Below are positions 38,895 to 49,705 of a stretch of 64,000 nt of DNA, in pieces. Made by a program: the position numbers and the translations under genes. The notes beneath the pieces were generated by a model. It was not told the origin of the DNA and made no database searches. It saw nothing but the letters and a program-made list of their open reading frames with translations. The stretch is from Escherichia coli (GTDB lineage: Bacteria; Pseudomonadota; Gammaproteobacteria; Enterobacterales; Enterobacteriaceae). The stretch lies in NCBI RefSeq assembly GCF_003018255.1, contig NZ_CP027440.1. One strand, written 5' to 3'. Within the stretch, counting starts at the first letter, position 1. Every line of letters begins with the position of its first letter.

Positions 38895-39821
38895 TTACGC
38901 CTCCTCCAGCAGATCCTGAAAATGCAGCGTGCCGCAAGGCTCGCCCTGCGTGTTCACCACCGGCAGCACCTCGCATCCCCGCGCGACAAACAGAGAAAGC
39001 GCATCGCGTAGCGTCATCTCTTCTGCCAGCGCCTCACCTTCTGCCCGTTCTTCGCGACGCACGTAATCCGCCACGCTACGTAACGAAAGCAGGCGGACAC
39101 CCAGTTCACTATGCCCAAAAAACTGGCGGACAAAATCATTCGTCGGACGAGTCAGCATCGTCAGCGGATTGCCCTGCTGCACCACTTCACCGTGATCCAT
39201 CAACACCAGATGTTCTGCCAGTCGTAGCGCCTCATCAATATCATGAGTGACCAGCACAATGGTACGCCCCAGCAAACGGTGTATGCGCGTCATCTCTTGT
39301 TGCAACGCGCCGCGCGTTACCGGGTCCAGCGCGCCAAAAGGTTCATCCATCAGTAAGACTTGCGGATCGGCAGCCAGCGCGCGGGCCACTCCCACACGTT
39401 GCTGCTGACCACCGGAAAGCTGATGCGGATAACGCTCACGCAAATTTGGCTCCAGCCCCAGTAGCGCCATTAATTCGTCGATACGATCGTCGATCCGCGC
39501 CCGTGACCATTTTTGTAATTGCGGCACGGTGGCAATATTTTGCGCCACGCTCCAGTGGGGAAACAGGCCAATAGATTGAATGGCATAGCCCATCCGGCGG
39601 CGCAACTCCAGCACTGGCAGCGAGCGAATTTCTTCTCCGGCAAAGCGGATCACGCCACTGTCATGCTCCACCAGGCGGTTAATCATTTTCAGAGTGGTGG
39701 ATTTACCGGAACCCGACGTGCCAATCAGTACCGAAAAACTCCCTTCCTGAAAATTGAGATTGAGATCGTTAACGGCTTTTTGTGCGCCGAACAGTTTGCT
39801 GACATGGCTAAATTCAATCAT
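38895..39821 (-). CDS. yehX: Osmoprotectant ABC transporter ATP-binding protein
   Basis: 308 aa; Walker [13 protein letters not shown] signature LSGGQQQRV, Walker B VLLMDEP. Confidence 0.9.
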   Translation of the reverse strand: MIEFSHVSKLFGAQKAVNDLNLNFQEGSFSVLIGTSGSGKSTTLKMINRLVEHDSGVIRFAGEEIRSLPVLELRRRMGYAIQSIGLFPHWSVAQNIATVPQLQKWSRARIDDRIDELMALLGLEPNLRERYPHQLSGGQQQRVGVARALAADPQVLLMDEPFGALDPVTRGALQQEMTRIHRLLGRTIVLVTHDIDEALRLAEHLVLMDHGEVVQQGNPLTMLTRPTNDFVRQFFGHSELGVRLLSLRSVADYVRREERAEGEALAEEMTLRDALSLFVARGCEVLPVVNTQGEPCGTLHFQDLLEEA

Positions 39822-40971
39822 TACGTTTCACCTTCAGCAGTGCGATAAGCAAATCGAACAGCGCGTCGGTAAGCACCGCCAGAACAATTACCGGGATCAC
39901 CCCCAGCAACACTAAATCAATGGCACTGCTTAGCAGCCCCTGGAAAACCAGCGCACCAAAACCGCCTGCGCCGATTAACGCCGCAATCACCGCCATGCCA
40001 ACGGTTTGTACCATCACCACCCGCAGGCTGCGCAGAAATACCGGTAACGCCAGCGGTAACTGAACATGCAGGAAACGCTGCACCCCGCTCATCCCCATCG
40101 CTCTGGCGCTCTCCAGCACATCGCGCGGGATCTGGTTCAAGCCGACTACTACGCCGCGCACCAGCGGCAGCAAGGCATAGAGCACCAGCGCAATCAGTGC
40201 GGGTGTCATTCCGGTTCCTGCTATGCCGAGCGTTCCCAGCCACGGAAAGGCCGTAACCAGCGCGGCAAGCGGCGCAATCAGCAGGCCAAAGAGCGCTACC
40301 GAAGGCACGGTCTGAATGACATTCAGCAGAGAAAAAATCGCCCCCTGCCGCGCGGTGGAAAAGTAGCACCAGATGCCCAACGGCACACCAATCACTAACG
40401 CAGGCAGCACCGCACCAAACAGCAACGTCAGATGTTGTGCCAGCGCGTCGTCAAACACATCCTGACGGTTGGCGTATTCTTTCATTAACGAGAGATCGTT
40501 AAGCGTGCCGGAGTACAGCAACCACAGCGGAACAATGGCAATCTGCATATGCAACAACCAGCGCCACAGCGGATGCGTGGAGATTCGGCGGATGGCATCG
40601 CTACAGGCCAGCAGTGCCAGCGCCGCAGCCAGCCAGAAACCACTTCCGAGGCTGGTACGCGCCAGCGCACTGCCATTTTGCGCCAGTTGTGTCGCCGCCT
40701 TTCCAGCTCCCCACACCAGCAATACGAAGACGAATTGCGCCAGAATGAGTGCAAAAATGCTGCCTTTTTTAGCGGGAATAAAACAGGCTGTCAGCCAGGC
40801 GCAACCAACGCCCACCAGCATCCAGAGAGTTTGCGGCCACAGCTGCCAGAGATGACGCCCCTCACCCGAAACTAAACGATTAGGTGCGTAACTGATAAAC
40901 GGCAGCGCCGCTGCGATTGCCGTCAGCAACAGCAGCAGCGCCAGAACAGGATTAATACGGAAATAAGTCAC
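39814..40971 (-). CDS. yehY: Osmoprotectant ABC transporter permease
   Basis: 385-aa membrane ORF; apparent GTG start as given by the track; overlaps yehX by 8 nt. Confidence 0.8.
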   Translation of the reverse strand: MTYFRINPVLALLLLLTAIAAALPFISYAPNRLVSGEGRHLWQLWPQTLWMLVGVGCAWLTACFIPAKKGSIFALILAQFVFVLLVWGAGKAATQLAQNGSALARTSLGSGFWLAAALALLACSDAIRRISTHPLWRWLLHMQIAIVPLWLLYSGTLNDLSLMKEYANRQDVFDDALAQHLTLLFGAVLPALVIGVPLGIWCYFSTARQGAIFSLLNVIQTVPSVALFGLLIAPLAALVTAFPWLGTLGIAGTGMTPALIALVLYALLPLVRGVVVGLNQIPRDVLESARAMGMSGVQRFLHVQLPLALPVFLRSLRVVMVQTVGMAVIAALIGAGGFGALVFQGLLSSAIDLVLLGVIPVIVLAVLTDALFDLLIALLKVKRND

Positions 40972-40977
40972 GGGAAA

Positions 40978-41895
40978 TTACTTCGTCCACCCTTTTTGTT
41001 TCAGGTAGTCGGCTGCCACTTTTTTGGCATCCAGTCCTTCCACTGCAATGCTGGCATTCAGCTGCTGCAATGTTTTTTCATCGAGGCTGGCGAAGACTGG
41101 CTGTAGCCACTGTGCTATTTGCGGATACTCTTTCAGCACCGACTCACGCACCACTGGCGCAGGCGCGTAGATAGGTTGCACGCCTTGCGGATCGCTTAAA
41201 GTTTGCAGCCCCAGCGCCGCGACCGGGCCGTCAGTGCCGTAAGCCATCGCCGCATTAACGCCAGAGGTTTGCTGGGCAGCGGCTTTGATCGTCACCGCCG
41301 TGTCACCACCGGCCAGTGACAGCAACTGATCCTGACTGAGCTTAAAGCCATAGGCTTTTTCAAACGCGGGTAAGGCATCGGCGCGTTCGATAAACTCTGC
41401 CGAGGCTGCCAGTTTAAAGGTGCCGCCCTCTTTCAGATAACGACTCAGGTCGGCAAGCGAAGTGAGTTTGTTTTTCTCTGCCACATCCTGACGCACGGCG
41501 ATGGTCCAGGTGTTATTTGCAGGCGCGGGCGTCAGCCAGATTAACTTGTTTTGCTCTGCATCGAGTTTTTTGACTTTCTCATAGCCTTGCTGCGCGTTTT
41601 TCCATGCCGTATCGTTTTCATCTTTAAAGAAAAACGCGCCATTGCCAGTATATTCCGGATAGATATCCAGCTCGCCAGAAGTGATCGCCCCGCGCACTAC
41701 GGGAGTCGTTCCCAGCTGCACTTTATTTACCGTAGGAACGCCGTGACTTTCCAGCACCTGCAAAATGATATTGCCGAGCAGCGCGCCTTCCGTATCGATT
41801 TTTGAACCAACCTTAACGGGGGAAGCCGCCTGTAGCGGCAGGCTCACGGCTGCCAACAAAACCAGTGAACCTGCCCAGACCTTTGAGAGTGGCAT
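40978..41895 (-). CDS. osmF: Periplasmic glycine betaine/osmoprotectant-binding protein
   Basis: 305-aa ORF with signal peptide; first gene of the operon. Confidence 0.85.
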   Translation of the reverse strand: MPLSKVWAGSLVLLAAVSLPLQAASPVKVGSKIDTEGALLGNIILQVLESHGVPTVNKVQLGTTPVVRGAITSGELDIYPEYTGNGAFFFKDENDTAWKNAQQGYEKVKKLDAEQNKLIWLTPAPANNTWTIAVRQDVAEKNKLTSLADLSRYLKEGGTFKLAASAEFIERADALPAFEKAYGFKLSQDQLLSLAGGDTAVTIKAAAQQTSGVNAAMAYGTDGPVAALGLQTLSDPQGVQPIYAPAPVVRESVLKEYPQIAQWLQPVFASLDEKTLQQLNASIAVEGLDAKKVAADYLKQKGWTK

Positions 41896-42024
41896 GATGC
41901 TTTCCTCATTCTTTTACTGTTGTTTTCAGCGAATTAAGAGAAAAGCATAGTTGATAATGGCGGAGTTAGCCTGAGCGGACGGATTCAGTTGCAGAATCAG
42001 ATAAATACTTAAAAGGCATATTTT

Positions 42025-42072
<48 letters not shown>

Positions 42073-42084
42073 AAACATCGAAAA

Positions 42085-44382
42085 TTACAGCAACTCAAAC
42101 TCGCCTTTCTTAACGCGTGCGGAATCAGTGCCGATGAAGACATTGAACTTGCCAGGCTCGGCGTCATATTTCATCTGTTGATTCCAGAACTTCAGCGCCT
42201 CAATATCGATTGGGAAGCTGACGGTCTGAGTTTCGCCCGGTTTCAGGGTGATTTTCTCAAAGCCTTTCAGCTGCTTCACCGGGCGACTCATGGAAGCCGT
42301 CACATCCTGCAAGTACATCTGTACTACCGTGGCCCCTTCGCGTTTACCGGTGTTCGTCACCTGCACGCTGGCCGTCACTTTGCCGTCACGCTTCATGGTC
42401 GGCGCAGAAAGTTTCACATCAGAGACGGTGAAAGTGGTGTAGCTCAGACCATAGCCGAACGGATAAAGCGCCCCGTTAGCTTCATCAAAATAACGCGAAG
42501 TGTATTTGTTCGGCTTGTCGGCATTATACGGACGCCCGGTATTCAGATGGCTGTAGTACACCGGGATCTGCCCGACAGAACGCGGGAAGGACATCGGTAG
42601 CTTACCGGACGGGTTGTAATCGCCAAACAATACATCGGCAATCGCATTCCCCCCTTCCGTACCCGCAAACCAGGTTTCCAGAATCGCATCAGCCTGCTGA
42701 TCTTCTTTCACCAGCGCCAGCGGACGCCCGTTCATCAGCACCAGCACCAGCGGTTTACCGGTGGCTTTCAGCGCCGCAATCAAGTCACGTTGGCTTTGCG
42801 GAATAGTAATATCGGTACGGCTGGAGGCCTCGTGCGCCATCCCCTGTGCTTCACCGACCACAGCCACCACCACATCAGATTGTTTCGCGGTCTGCACCGC
42901 TTCATCAATCATCTCTTGCGGCGAACGCGGATCGACTTTGACCGCTTCTTCATACTGATTCAGGAAATCGATAATGCCTTTGTCACTGGTAACGTTCGCC
43001 CCTTTGGCATACAGCACTTTACCGTTTTCACCGACGGCATTTTTAATCCCGGTTAGCACAGTAACAGATTGATCGGCGACACCTGCCGCCGACCAGCTTC
43101 CCATCACGTCACGCTTGCTGTCTGCCAGCGGGCCAACCACCGCAATGATTGCAGATTTTTTCAGCGGCAGCGTTTCGAGACGATTTTTCAGCAACACCAG
43201 GCTTTCGCGCGCCACTTCACGCGCTTCTTTGCGGTGCAGGCGGCTTTCGGCATTGGTATCCACCGGGTCAGACTCTTTCGGACCGAGATGGCTGTACGGG
43301 TCGTTAAACAACCCCATATCATATTTCACGTTCAGTACATGACGGGCAGCGTCATCCAGCTCTTCCATCGTCACTTTGCCGGATTTGATCAACCCAGGCA
43401 GATACTTCGAGTAATACTCATCGCTCATACTCATGTTGATGCCGGATTTCAGTGCCACGCGCACCGCATCTTCCGGGTCTGCCGCCGTGCCATGTTTAAT
43501 CAGCTCTTTGATTGCGCCATGATCGGAAACGGTAATGCCTTTAAAGCCCCACTGATCGCGCAGCACATCTTTCAGCAGCCAGGAGTCGGAAGTTGCTGGC
43601 GTGCCATTCAGCGAGTTCAGCGCCACCATTACCGCGCCGCTGCCTGCGTCCAGCCCCGCTTTGTACGGCGGCATATAGTCGTTAAACAGGCGCTGCGGAC
43701 TCATATCAACGGTGTTGTACTCTTTACCGCCTTCTACCGCGCCGTATGCGGCAAAGTGTTTGACGCTGGTCATCACCGAGTAACGATCTGCCGGGCTTTT
43801 ACCCTGCATCGCTTCCACCATGGTTTTGCCCATTATTGAGGTGAGATACGTATCTTCGCCAAAACCTTCGGAAGCACGTCCCCAGCGCGGATCGCGCGAG
43901 ACATCGACCATCGGTGCCCAGGTCATATTCAGGCCATCATCTGCCGCTTCATAAGCAGAGACACGCCCGACTGTTTTCACCGCATCGAGGTTAAAAGACG
44001 AAGCCAGACCGAGACTAATCGGGAACACCGTGCGCTGACCGTGCAGCACGTCGTAAGCAAAGAAAAGAGGAATTTTCAGGCGGCTTAATTCCATCACCTG
44101 ATCCTGCATGGCGCGGATATCCTGACGGGTTACAGTGTTGAAAATCGCCCCAACCTGACCGTCTTTGATCATCTCGCGGATCGCCTCTTTCGGGTTATCC
44201 GGGCCGACGCTGATTAAGCGCAGCTGACCAATTTTCTCATCAACTGTCATTTTCTTAAGCAGTTCGGTGACGAACGCATCCCGCGCTTCGGGCGTTAATG
44301 GATGGTTGCCGAATAAATCATCCGCCAGTGCTGGCTGCAGGGCCAGACTCACCGCGATTCCTACTGAACATAGCCATTTCAT
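42085..44382 (-). CDS. bglX: Periplasmic beta-glucosidase (GH3)
   Basis: Start set at the internal Met (MKWLCSVGIAVSLALQPALA signal peptide) for 765 aa. Confidence 0.9.
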   Translation of the reverse strand: MKWLCSVGIAVSLALQPALADDLFGNHPLTPEARDAFVTELLKKMTVDEKIGQLRLISVGPDNPKEAIREMIKDGQVGAIFNTVTRQDIRAMQDQVMELSRLKIPLFFAYDVLHGQRTVFPISLGLASSFNLDAVKTVGRVSAYEAADDGLNMTWAPMVDVSRDPRWGRASEGFGEDTYLTSIMGKTMVEAMQGKSPADRYSVMTSVKHFAAYGAVEGGKEYNTVDMSPQRLFNDYMPPYKAGLDAGSGAVMVALNSLNGTPATSDSWLLKDVLRDQWGFKGITVSDHGAIKELIKHGTAADPEDAVRVALKSGINMSMSDEYYSKYLPGLIKSGKVTMEELDDAARHVLNVKYDMGLFNDPYSHLGPKESDPVDTNAESRLHRKEAREVARESLVLLKNRLETLPLKKSAIIAVVGPLADSKRDVMGSWSAAGVADQSVTVLTGIKNAVGENGKVLYAKGANVTSDKGIIDFLNQYEEAVKVDPRSPQEMIDEAVQTAKQSDVVVAVVGEAQGMAHEASSRTDITIPQSQRDLIAALKATGKPLVLVLMNGRPLALVKEDQQADAILETWFAGTEGGNAIADVLFGDYNPSGKLPMSFPRSVGQIPVYYSHLNTGRPYNADKPNKYTSRYFDEANGALYPFGYGLSYTTFTVSDVKLSAPTMKRDGKVTASVQVTNTGKREGATVVQMYLQDVTASMSRPVKQLKGFEKITLKPGETQTVSFPIDIEALKFWNQQMKYDAEPGKFNVFIGTDSARVKKGEFELL

Positions 44383-44577
44383 ATGGATTTTTCTTCCTTT
44401 GTTGCCCGACGTGGCAGCGAAAATGGTGCAAAAACCGTAGTTTGCCATAAGCATGATGGAGAGAGAAAAAGAATGCTCAGTTTATTGTCTGAATTTTCAA
44501 AATATTCACTCGCTGAATTGTCATACAAGGCGCTATTCTAGTTTGTGATATTTTTTCGCCACCACAAGGAGTGGAAA

Positions 44578-46293
44578 ATGTCTTCCATGACAACAACTGA
44601 TAATAAAGCCTTTTTGAATGAACTTGCCCGTCTGGTCGGTCATTCACACCTGCTCACCGATTCCGCAAAAACGGCCCGCTATCGCAAGGGCTTCCGTTCT
44701 GGTCAGGGCGACGCGCTGGCTGTCGTTTTCCCTGGCTCACTACTGGAATTGTGGCGGGTGCTGAAAGCCTGCGTCACCGCCGACAAAATTATTCTGATGC
44801 AGGCTGCCAATACAGGCCTGACCGAAGGATCGACGCCAAACGGTAACGATTATGATCGCGATATCGTGATCATCAGCACCCTGCGTCTCGACAAGCTGCA
44901 CGTTCTTGGCAAGGGCGAACAGGTGCTGGCCTATCCGGGCACCACGCTCTATTCGCTGGAAAAAGCCCTCAAACCGCTGGGACGCGAACCGCACTCGGTG
45001 ATTGGATCATCGTGTATAGGCGCATCGGTCATCGGCGGTATTTGTAACAACTCCGGCGGCTCGCTGGTGCAACGTGGCCCGGCGTATACCGAAATGTCGT
45101 TATTCGCGCGTATAAATGAAGACGGCAAACTGACGCTGGTGAACCATCTGGGGATTGATCTGGGCGAAACGCCGGAGCAGATCCTTAGCAAGCTGGATGA
45201 CGATCGCATCAAAGATGACGATGTGCGCCACGATGGTCGTCACGCCCACGATTATGACTATGTCCACCGCGTTCGTGATATTGAAGCCGACACGCCCGCA
45301 CGTTATAACGCCGATCCGGATCGGTTATTTGAATCTTCTGGTTGCGCCGGGAAGCTGGCCGTCTTTGCGGTACGTCTTGATACCTTCGAAGCGGAAAAAA
45401 ATCAGCAGGTGTTTTATATCGGCACCAACCAGCCGGAAGTACTGACCGAAATCCGCCGTCATATTCTGGCTAATTTCGAAAATCTGCCGGTTGCCGGGGA
45501 ATATATGCACCGGGATATCTACGATATAGCGGAAAAATACGGCAAAGACACCTTCCTGATGATTGATAAGTTAGGCACCGACAAGATGCCGTTCTTCTTT
45601 AATCTCAAGGGGCGCACCGATGCGATGCTGGAGAAAGTGAAATTCTTCCGTCCGCATTTTACCGACCGTGCGATGCAAAAATTCGGTCACCTGTTCCCCA
45701 GCCATTTACCGCCGCGCATGAAAAACTGGCGCGATAAATACGAACATCATCTGCTGTTAAAAATGGCGGGCGATGGCGTCGGTGAAGCCAAATCGTGGCT
45801 GGTGGATTATTTCAAACAGGCCGAAGGCGATTTCTTTGTCTGTACGCCGGAGGAAGGCAGCAAAGCGTTTTTACACCGTTTCGCCGCTGCGGGCGCAGCA
45901 ATTCGTTATCAGGCGGTGCATTCCGATGAAGTCGAAGACATTCTGGCACTGGATATCGCTCTGCGGCGTAACGACACCGAGTGGTATGAGCATTTACCGC
46001 CGGAGATCGACAGCCAGCTGGTGCACAAGCTCTATTACGGCCATTTTATGTGCTATGTCTTCCATCAGGATTACATCGTTAAAAAAGGCGTGGATGTGCA
46101 TGCGTTGAAAGAACAGATGCTGGAACTGCTACAGCAGCGCGGCGCGCAATACCCTGCCGAGCATAACGTCGGTCATTTGTATAAAGCACCGGAAACGTTG
46201 CAGAAGTTTTATCGCGAGAACGATCCGACCAACAGTATGAATCCGGGGGTTGGTAAAACCAGTAAGCGGAAAAACTGGCAGGAAGTGGAGTAA
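44578..46293 (+). CDS. dld: FAD-dependent D-lactate dehydrogenase
   Basis: Start set at the internal Met (MSSMTTTDNKAFLNELARLVG) for 571 aa. Confidence 0.9.
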   Translation: MSSMTTTDNKAFLNELARLVGHSHLLTDSAKTARYRKGFRSGQGDALAVVFPGSLLELWRVLKACVTADKIILMQAANTGLTEGSTPNGNDYDRDIVIISTLRLDKLHVLGKGEQVLAYPGTTLYSLEKALKPLGREPHSVIGSSCIGASVIGGICNNSGGSLVQRGPAYTEMSLFARINEDGKLTLVNHLGIDLGETPEQILSKLDDDRIKDDDVRHDGRHAHDYDYVHRVRDIEADTPARYNADPDRLFESSGCAGKLAVFAVRLDTFEAEKNQQVFYIGTNQPEVLTEIRRHILANFENLPVAGEYMHRDIYDIAEKYGKDTFLMIDKLGTDKMPFFFNLKGRTDAMLEKVKFFRPHFTDRAMQKFGHLFPSHLPPRMKNWRDKYEHHLLLKMAGDGVGEAKSWLVDYFKQAEGDFFVCTPEEGSKAFLHRFAAAGAAIRYQAVHSDEVEDILALDIALRRNDTEWYEHLPPEIDSQLVHKLYYGHFMCYVFHQDYIVKKGVDVHALKEQMLELLQQRGAQYPAEHNVGHLYKAPETLQKFYRENDPTNSMNPGVGKTSKRKNWQEVE

Positions 46294-46297
46294 AAAT

Positions 46298-46325
46298 TAC
46301 GGATGGCAGAGTATCGCCATCCGTC
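46298..46325. terminator. Hairpin between convergent dld and pbpG (probable bidirectional terminator)
   Basis: acggatggc-agagtatc-gccatccgt stem-loop. Confidence 0.5.
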
Positions 46326-46331
46326 ATTCAT

Positions 46332-47264
46332 TTAATCGTTCTGTGCCGTCTGCCCCGCCGCCGCCATTTGGGCGGCTTTTTGTTTTTTATAGCTCAACGC
46401 TGCTGCCGGAACAGGCATCACTTTACCGGTCTCAATCCAGGTACGCAGGCGGCTGGCATCGGCAAAATGGGTATATTTGCCAAACGCGTCCATCACTACC
46501 AGCGCCACCGGTTTATTATTGATAACCGTACGCATCACCAGACAATGGCCCGCCGCATTGGTAAAGCCCGTTTTGGTTAACTGAATATTCCAGTTATCGC
46601 GATACACCAGATGGTTAGTATTGCGGAACGGCAGCGTATACGTCGGGTTAGAGAAGGTTGCCATATCTTCCCTGGTAGTACTTAACTGACCAATCAACGG
46701 ATATTGTTTGCTGGCAATGAGCAGTTTGGTTAAGTCACGGGCAGTTGAAACGTTATGCACCGACAATCCGGTCGGTTCAACAAAGCGCGTGTTGTTCATT
46801 CCGAGCGATTTCGCTTTCGCATTCATCGCCTTAATAAAGGCTTTGTAACCACCGGGATAATGGTGCGCAAGGCTTGCCGCCGCGCGGTTTTCTGAAGACA
46901 TCAGCGCCAGCAACAGCATATCTTTACGGCTGATTTCGCTGTTCAGTCGTACGCGCGAATAGACCCCTTTCATCTCCGGCGTCTGGCTGATATCCACTTT
47001 TAGTTTTTCATCCAGCGGCAGTCGTGCATCCAGCACAACCATCGCGGTCATTAATTTGCTGATAGACGCAATCGGACGCACCAGATCCGGGTGGTTCGAA
47101 TAGATCACTTTGTTGGTATTCAGATCAACAATCATCGCGCTACCGGAGGCAATTTCCGGTTGTGAAGCGGTGGTAGCGGCTGCCGTTTTCGCAACGGCCT
47201 GCGGTGCCAAAGGCACAGCCAGCATCAGGGCCAGGCTAAATAAAGAAACTCGAAATTTCGGCAT
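46332..47264 (-). CDS. pbpG: D-alanyl-D-alanine endopeptidase (PBP7)
   Basis: Start set at the internal Met ([20 protein letters not shown]) for 310 aa; SxxK active-site motif (ASISKLMTA). Confidence 0.9.
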   Translation of the reverse strand: MPKFRVSLFSLALMLAVPLAPQAVAKTAAATTASQPEIASGSAMIVDLNTNKVIYSNHPDLVRPIASISKLMTAMVVLDARLPLDEKLKVDISQTPEMKGVYSRVRLNSEISRKDMLLLALMSSENRAAASLAHHYPGGYKAFIKAMNAKAKSLGMNNTRFVEPTGLSVHNVSTARDLTKLLIASKQYPLIGQLSTTREDMATFSNPTYTLPFRNTNHLVYRDNWNIQLTKTGFTNAAGHCLVMRTVINNKPVALVVMDAFGKYTHFADASRLRTWIETGKVMPVPAAALSYKKQKAAQMAAAGQTAQND

Positions 47265-47437
47265 GATGAGCATTCAGATAGTGGTTCACGCGCACGGGTT
47301 GCGCACCGCCGGAGTAAGGATTTACTGAGGCTAGCGACGCCATCATAACGAGCAAAAAGTGCGATCGTCAAAGAAGAATCGTGAGGAAATGCTGCATTGC
47401 TGACATTTACGCCAGCAATGCAGCGCAAAAGAACTTT

Positions 47438-48025
47438 CTAGAACAAACGATAACCGTAGCCCCATAGTATAACGGTAAGGGCGAGCAGCACTTCCAGCAC
47501 CAGCACGCCTATCGCCAGTGTCGAACTGGAGAAGCTAAGTCCTTCCTCTTTGTTGATATTCAGGAAGCTCGGAATACCGAGATACAGCAGGTAGCCGGTG
47601 TAAAACAGCGCCACCGTGCCGACCAGCGCACACAACCAGACCAGCGGGTAAAGCGCCACCAGACCGCTTAAAAACAGCGGAGTTGCAACGTAGCCCGCGA
47701 AGACCATGCAGTGCGCAAGTGACGGACGCTGCGGATAATTACGCGCCATCCACCAGATGACCCGCCCCATCACCGCAACCCCAGCCAGCATAACGCCGTA
47801 AAACAAGACAGCCAGCGCCAGTCCGGTAAACCAGGATAACTTCAGGATAGTGCCATCGCCAAAATTCCAGCCAATCTGTGTAGTGCCAATGAAGGCGCAA
47901 ATCACCGGAATCGCCGCCATCAGCAAAACGTGGTGGGTGTAATGGTGAGAAATCGTTTCGTTTTCGCGATTAATCACCTGCATTTCACGATCGGGATGGG
48001 AAAACAGTCCCCAGACATGGCTCAT
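47438..48025 (-). CDS. yohC: Inner-membrane protein (Yip1 family)
   Basis: Multi-TM ORF; start set at an internal Met for 195 aa; K-12 order. Confidence 0.7.
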   Translation of the reverse strand: MSHVWGLFSHPDREMQVINRENETISHHYTHHVLLMAAIPVICAFIGTTQIGWNFGDGTILKLSWFTGLALAVLFYGVMLAGVAVMGRVIWWMARNYPQRPSLAHCMVFAGYVATPLFLSGLVALYPLVWLCALVGTVALFYTGYLLYLGIPSFLNINKEEGLSFSSSTLAIGVLVLEVLLALTVILWGYGYRLF

Positions 48026-48194
48026 ACCGCCCCCTTGTTGTGAGTTCATGAACCTGACAGTTCAAGTATAAGTCAGCTTGTGATTATTTTTTGTTCGCTC
48101 ATGTAATTTGCACCGTCTGATGTACGTCCTTTTTCAGCGTGAACTATTCACAGGGTGTATGCTTACAGGCAAGCAAAGGGAGACAGACTGGCCT

Positions 48195-48773
48195 ATGGAT
48201 CTCAATACACTCATCTCACAATATGGTTATGCCGCGCTGGTGATCGGTAGCCTGGCGGAAGGTGAAACCGTGACTTTGCTGGGAGGCGTTGCGGCACATC
48301 AGGGGCTATTAAAGTTCCCGCTGGTGGTACTTTCTGTGGCGCTTGGCGGCATGATTGGCGACCAGGTGCTTTATCTGTGCGGGCGGCGCTTTGGCGGCAA
48401 GCTATTACGCCGTTTCTCGAAACATCAGGATAAAATTGAGCGGGCGCAGAAACTTATCCAACGCCATCCGTATCTGTTTGTCATTGGTACGCGTTTTATG
48501 TATGGCTTTAGGGTGATTGGCCCGACGCTGATTGGTGCCAGCCAGCTGCCGCCGAAAATCTTTCTGCCGCTGAATATTCTCGGCGCATTTGCCTGGGCGT
48601 TGATTTTTACCACTATCGGTTATGCTGGTGGTCAGGTGATTGCGCCGTGGTTGCACAATCTCGACCAGCATTTGAAGCACTGGGTCTGGTTGATTCTGGC
48701 CGTGGTTCTGGTGGTAGGCGTGCGCTGGTGGCTGAAACGACGCGGGAAGAAAAAGCCGGATAATCAGGCGTAA
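48195..48773 (+). CDS. yohD: DedA-family inner-membrane protein
   Basis: Start set at the internal Met (MDLNTLISQYGYAALVIGSLAEGE) for 192 aa. Confidence 0.8.
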   Translation: MDLNTLISQYGYAALVIGSLAEGETVTLLGGVAAHQGLLKFPLVVLSVALGGMIGDQVLYLCGRRFGGKLLRRFSKHQDKIERAQKLIQRHPYLFVIGTRFMYGFRVIGPTLIGASQLPPKIFLPLNILGAFAWALIFTTIGYAGGQVIAPWLHNLDQHLKHWVWLILAVVLVVGVRWWLKRRGKKKPDNQA

Positions 48774-48794
48774 AGCAGTTGCCACAGATAAGCA

Positions 48795-48862
48795 TTCACG
48801 CCACATCCGGCACCGGATGTTCCATGCCTGATGCGACGCTGGCGTGTCTTATCTGGCCTAAC
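48795..48862. repeat. REP element(s), Z-type
   Basis: gcctgatgcgacgctggcgtgtcttatctggcctaac matches the REP Z-type consensus, with an adjacent partial REP. Confidence 0.55.
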
Positions 48863-48891
48863 CCATTGAAATAACCACGCACCTCACTGCG

Positions 48892-49653
48892 CTATTCTGG
48901 GTTGAACTGCGGATTCGCCAACATAAAGCCGCCATCCACTATCAACGACTGCCCGGTGGTGTAATTTGCGCCCTCCGAACAAAGCCATACCACCAGGCTG
49001 GCAATCTCATGCGTTGTGCCAAAACGTCGCAAGGGAATCGAAGGCTCCGCGTCGGGCCTCACATCGCTATCATCCATGCCGTTCATTGGCGTGGCGATCG
49101 CCCCAGGTGCGACTGCGTTCACCAAAATTTTATGCCTGACCAACTCCAGCGCCATTGCTTTGGTTAACCCGCCGAGCGCATGTTTAGCTGCTGTGTAAGC
49201 GCTGGCATCCGGCAGCGGCGTATGTTCATGCACCGACGTAATGTTGATGATGCGACCGCCCTGCCCTTGTTTCACCATCTGACGAGCCGCAATTTGCGAG
49301 CATAAGAATGCACCGTCGACATCAACGGTAAAAATCTTGCGCCACTCATCAAAAGCCATATCAAGAAACGGCGCTTTGGTCATTGCACCCGCATTATTCA
49401 CCAGCACATCGATGCGCCCCAGTCGTTGAATGAGTTTCTCCAGCGCCTGCGCACCTTCTGACAGTTTACCGAGATCCAGCTGCACGATCTCCGCACGTGC
49501 GCCGTGGCTAACCACCTCACGCGCAGTATCTTTTGCCCCTTCTTCATCAGAGTGCCAGGTAATGCCAATATCAAACCCCTGCTGCGCCAGTAATAACGCG
49601 CACTCTTTGCCGATCCCCGAATCGGAGGCGGTAATTATCGCGACCTGTGCCAT
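48892..49653 (-). CDS. yohF: Short-chain dehydrogenase/reductase (SDR)
   Basis: Start set at the internal Met (MAQVAIITASDSGIGK, Rossmann motif) for 253 aa; catalytic YxxxK (YTAAKHA). Confidence 0.85.
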   Translation of the reverse strand: MAQVAIITASDSGIGKECALLLAQQGFDIGITWHSDEEGAKDTAREVVSHGARAEIVQLDLGKLSEGAQALEKLIQRLGRIDVLVNNAGAMTKAPFLDMAFDEWRKIFTVDVDGAFLCSQIAARQMVKQGQGGRIINITSVHEHTPLPDASAYTAAKHALGGLTKAMALELVRHKILVNAVAPGAIATPMNGMDDSDVRPDAEPSIPLRRFGTTHEIASLVVWLCSEGANYTTGQSLIVDGGFMLANPQFNPE

Positions 49654-49705
49654 CGAGTTCTCCACTTAACGCTGAATAAATGTTAAGTATAGAAGGCGCA
49701 TATCA

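Noticed and set aside
43069-43839. 256-aa ORF antisense to bglX
   Set aside because: Shadow ORF inside a well-supported gene; the translation has an unusual composition rich in His, Arg, Phe and Gln.
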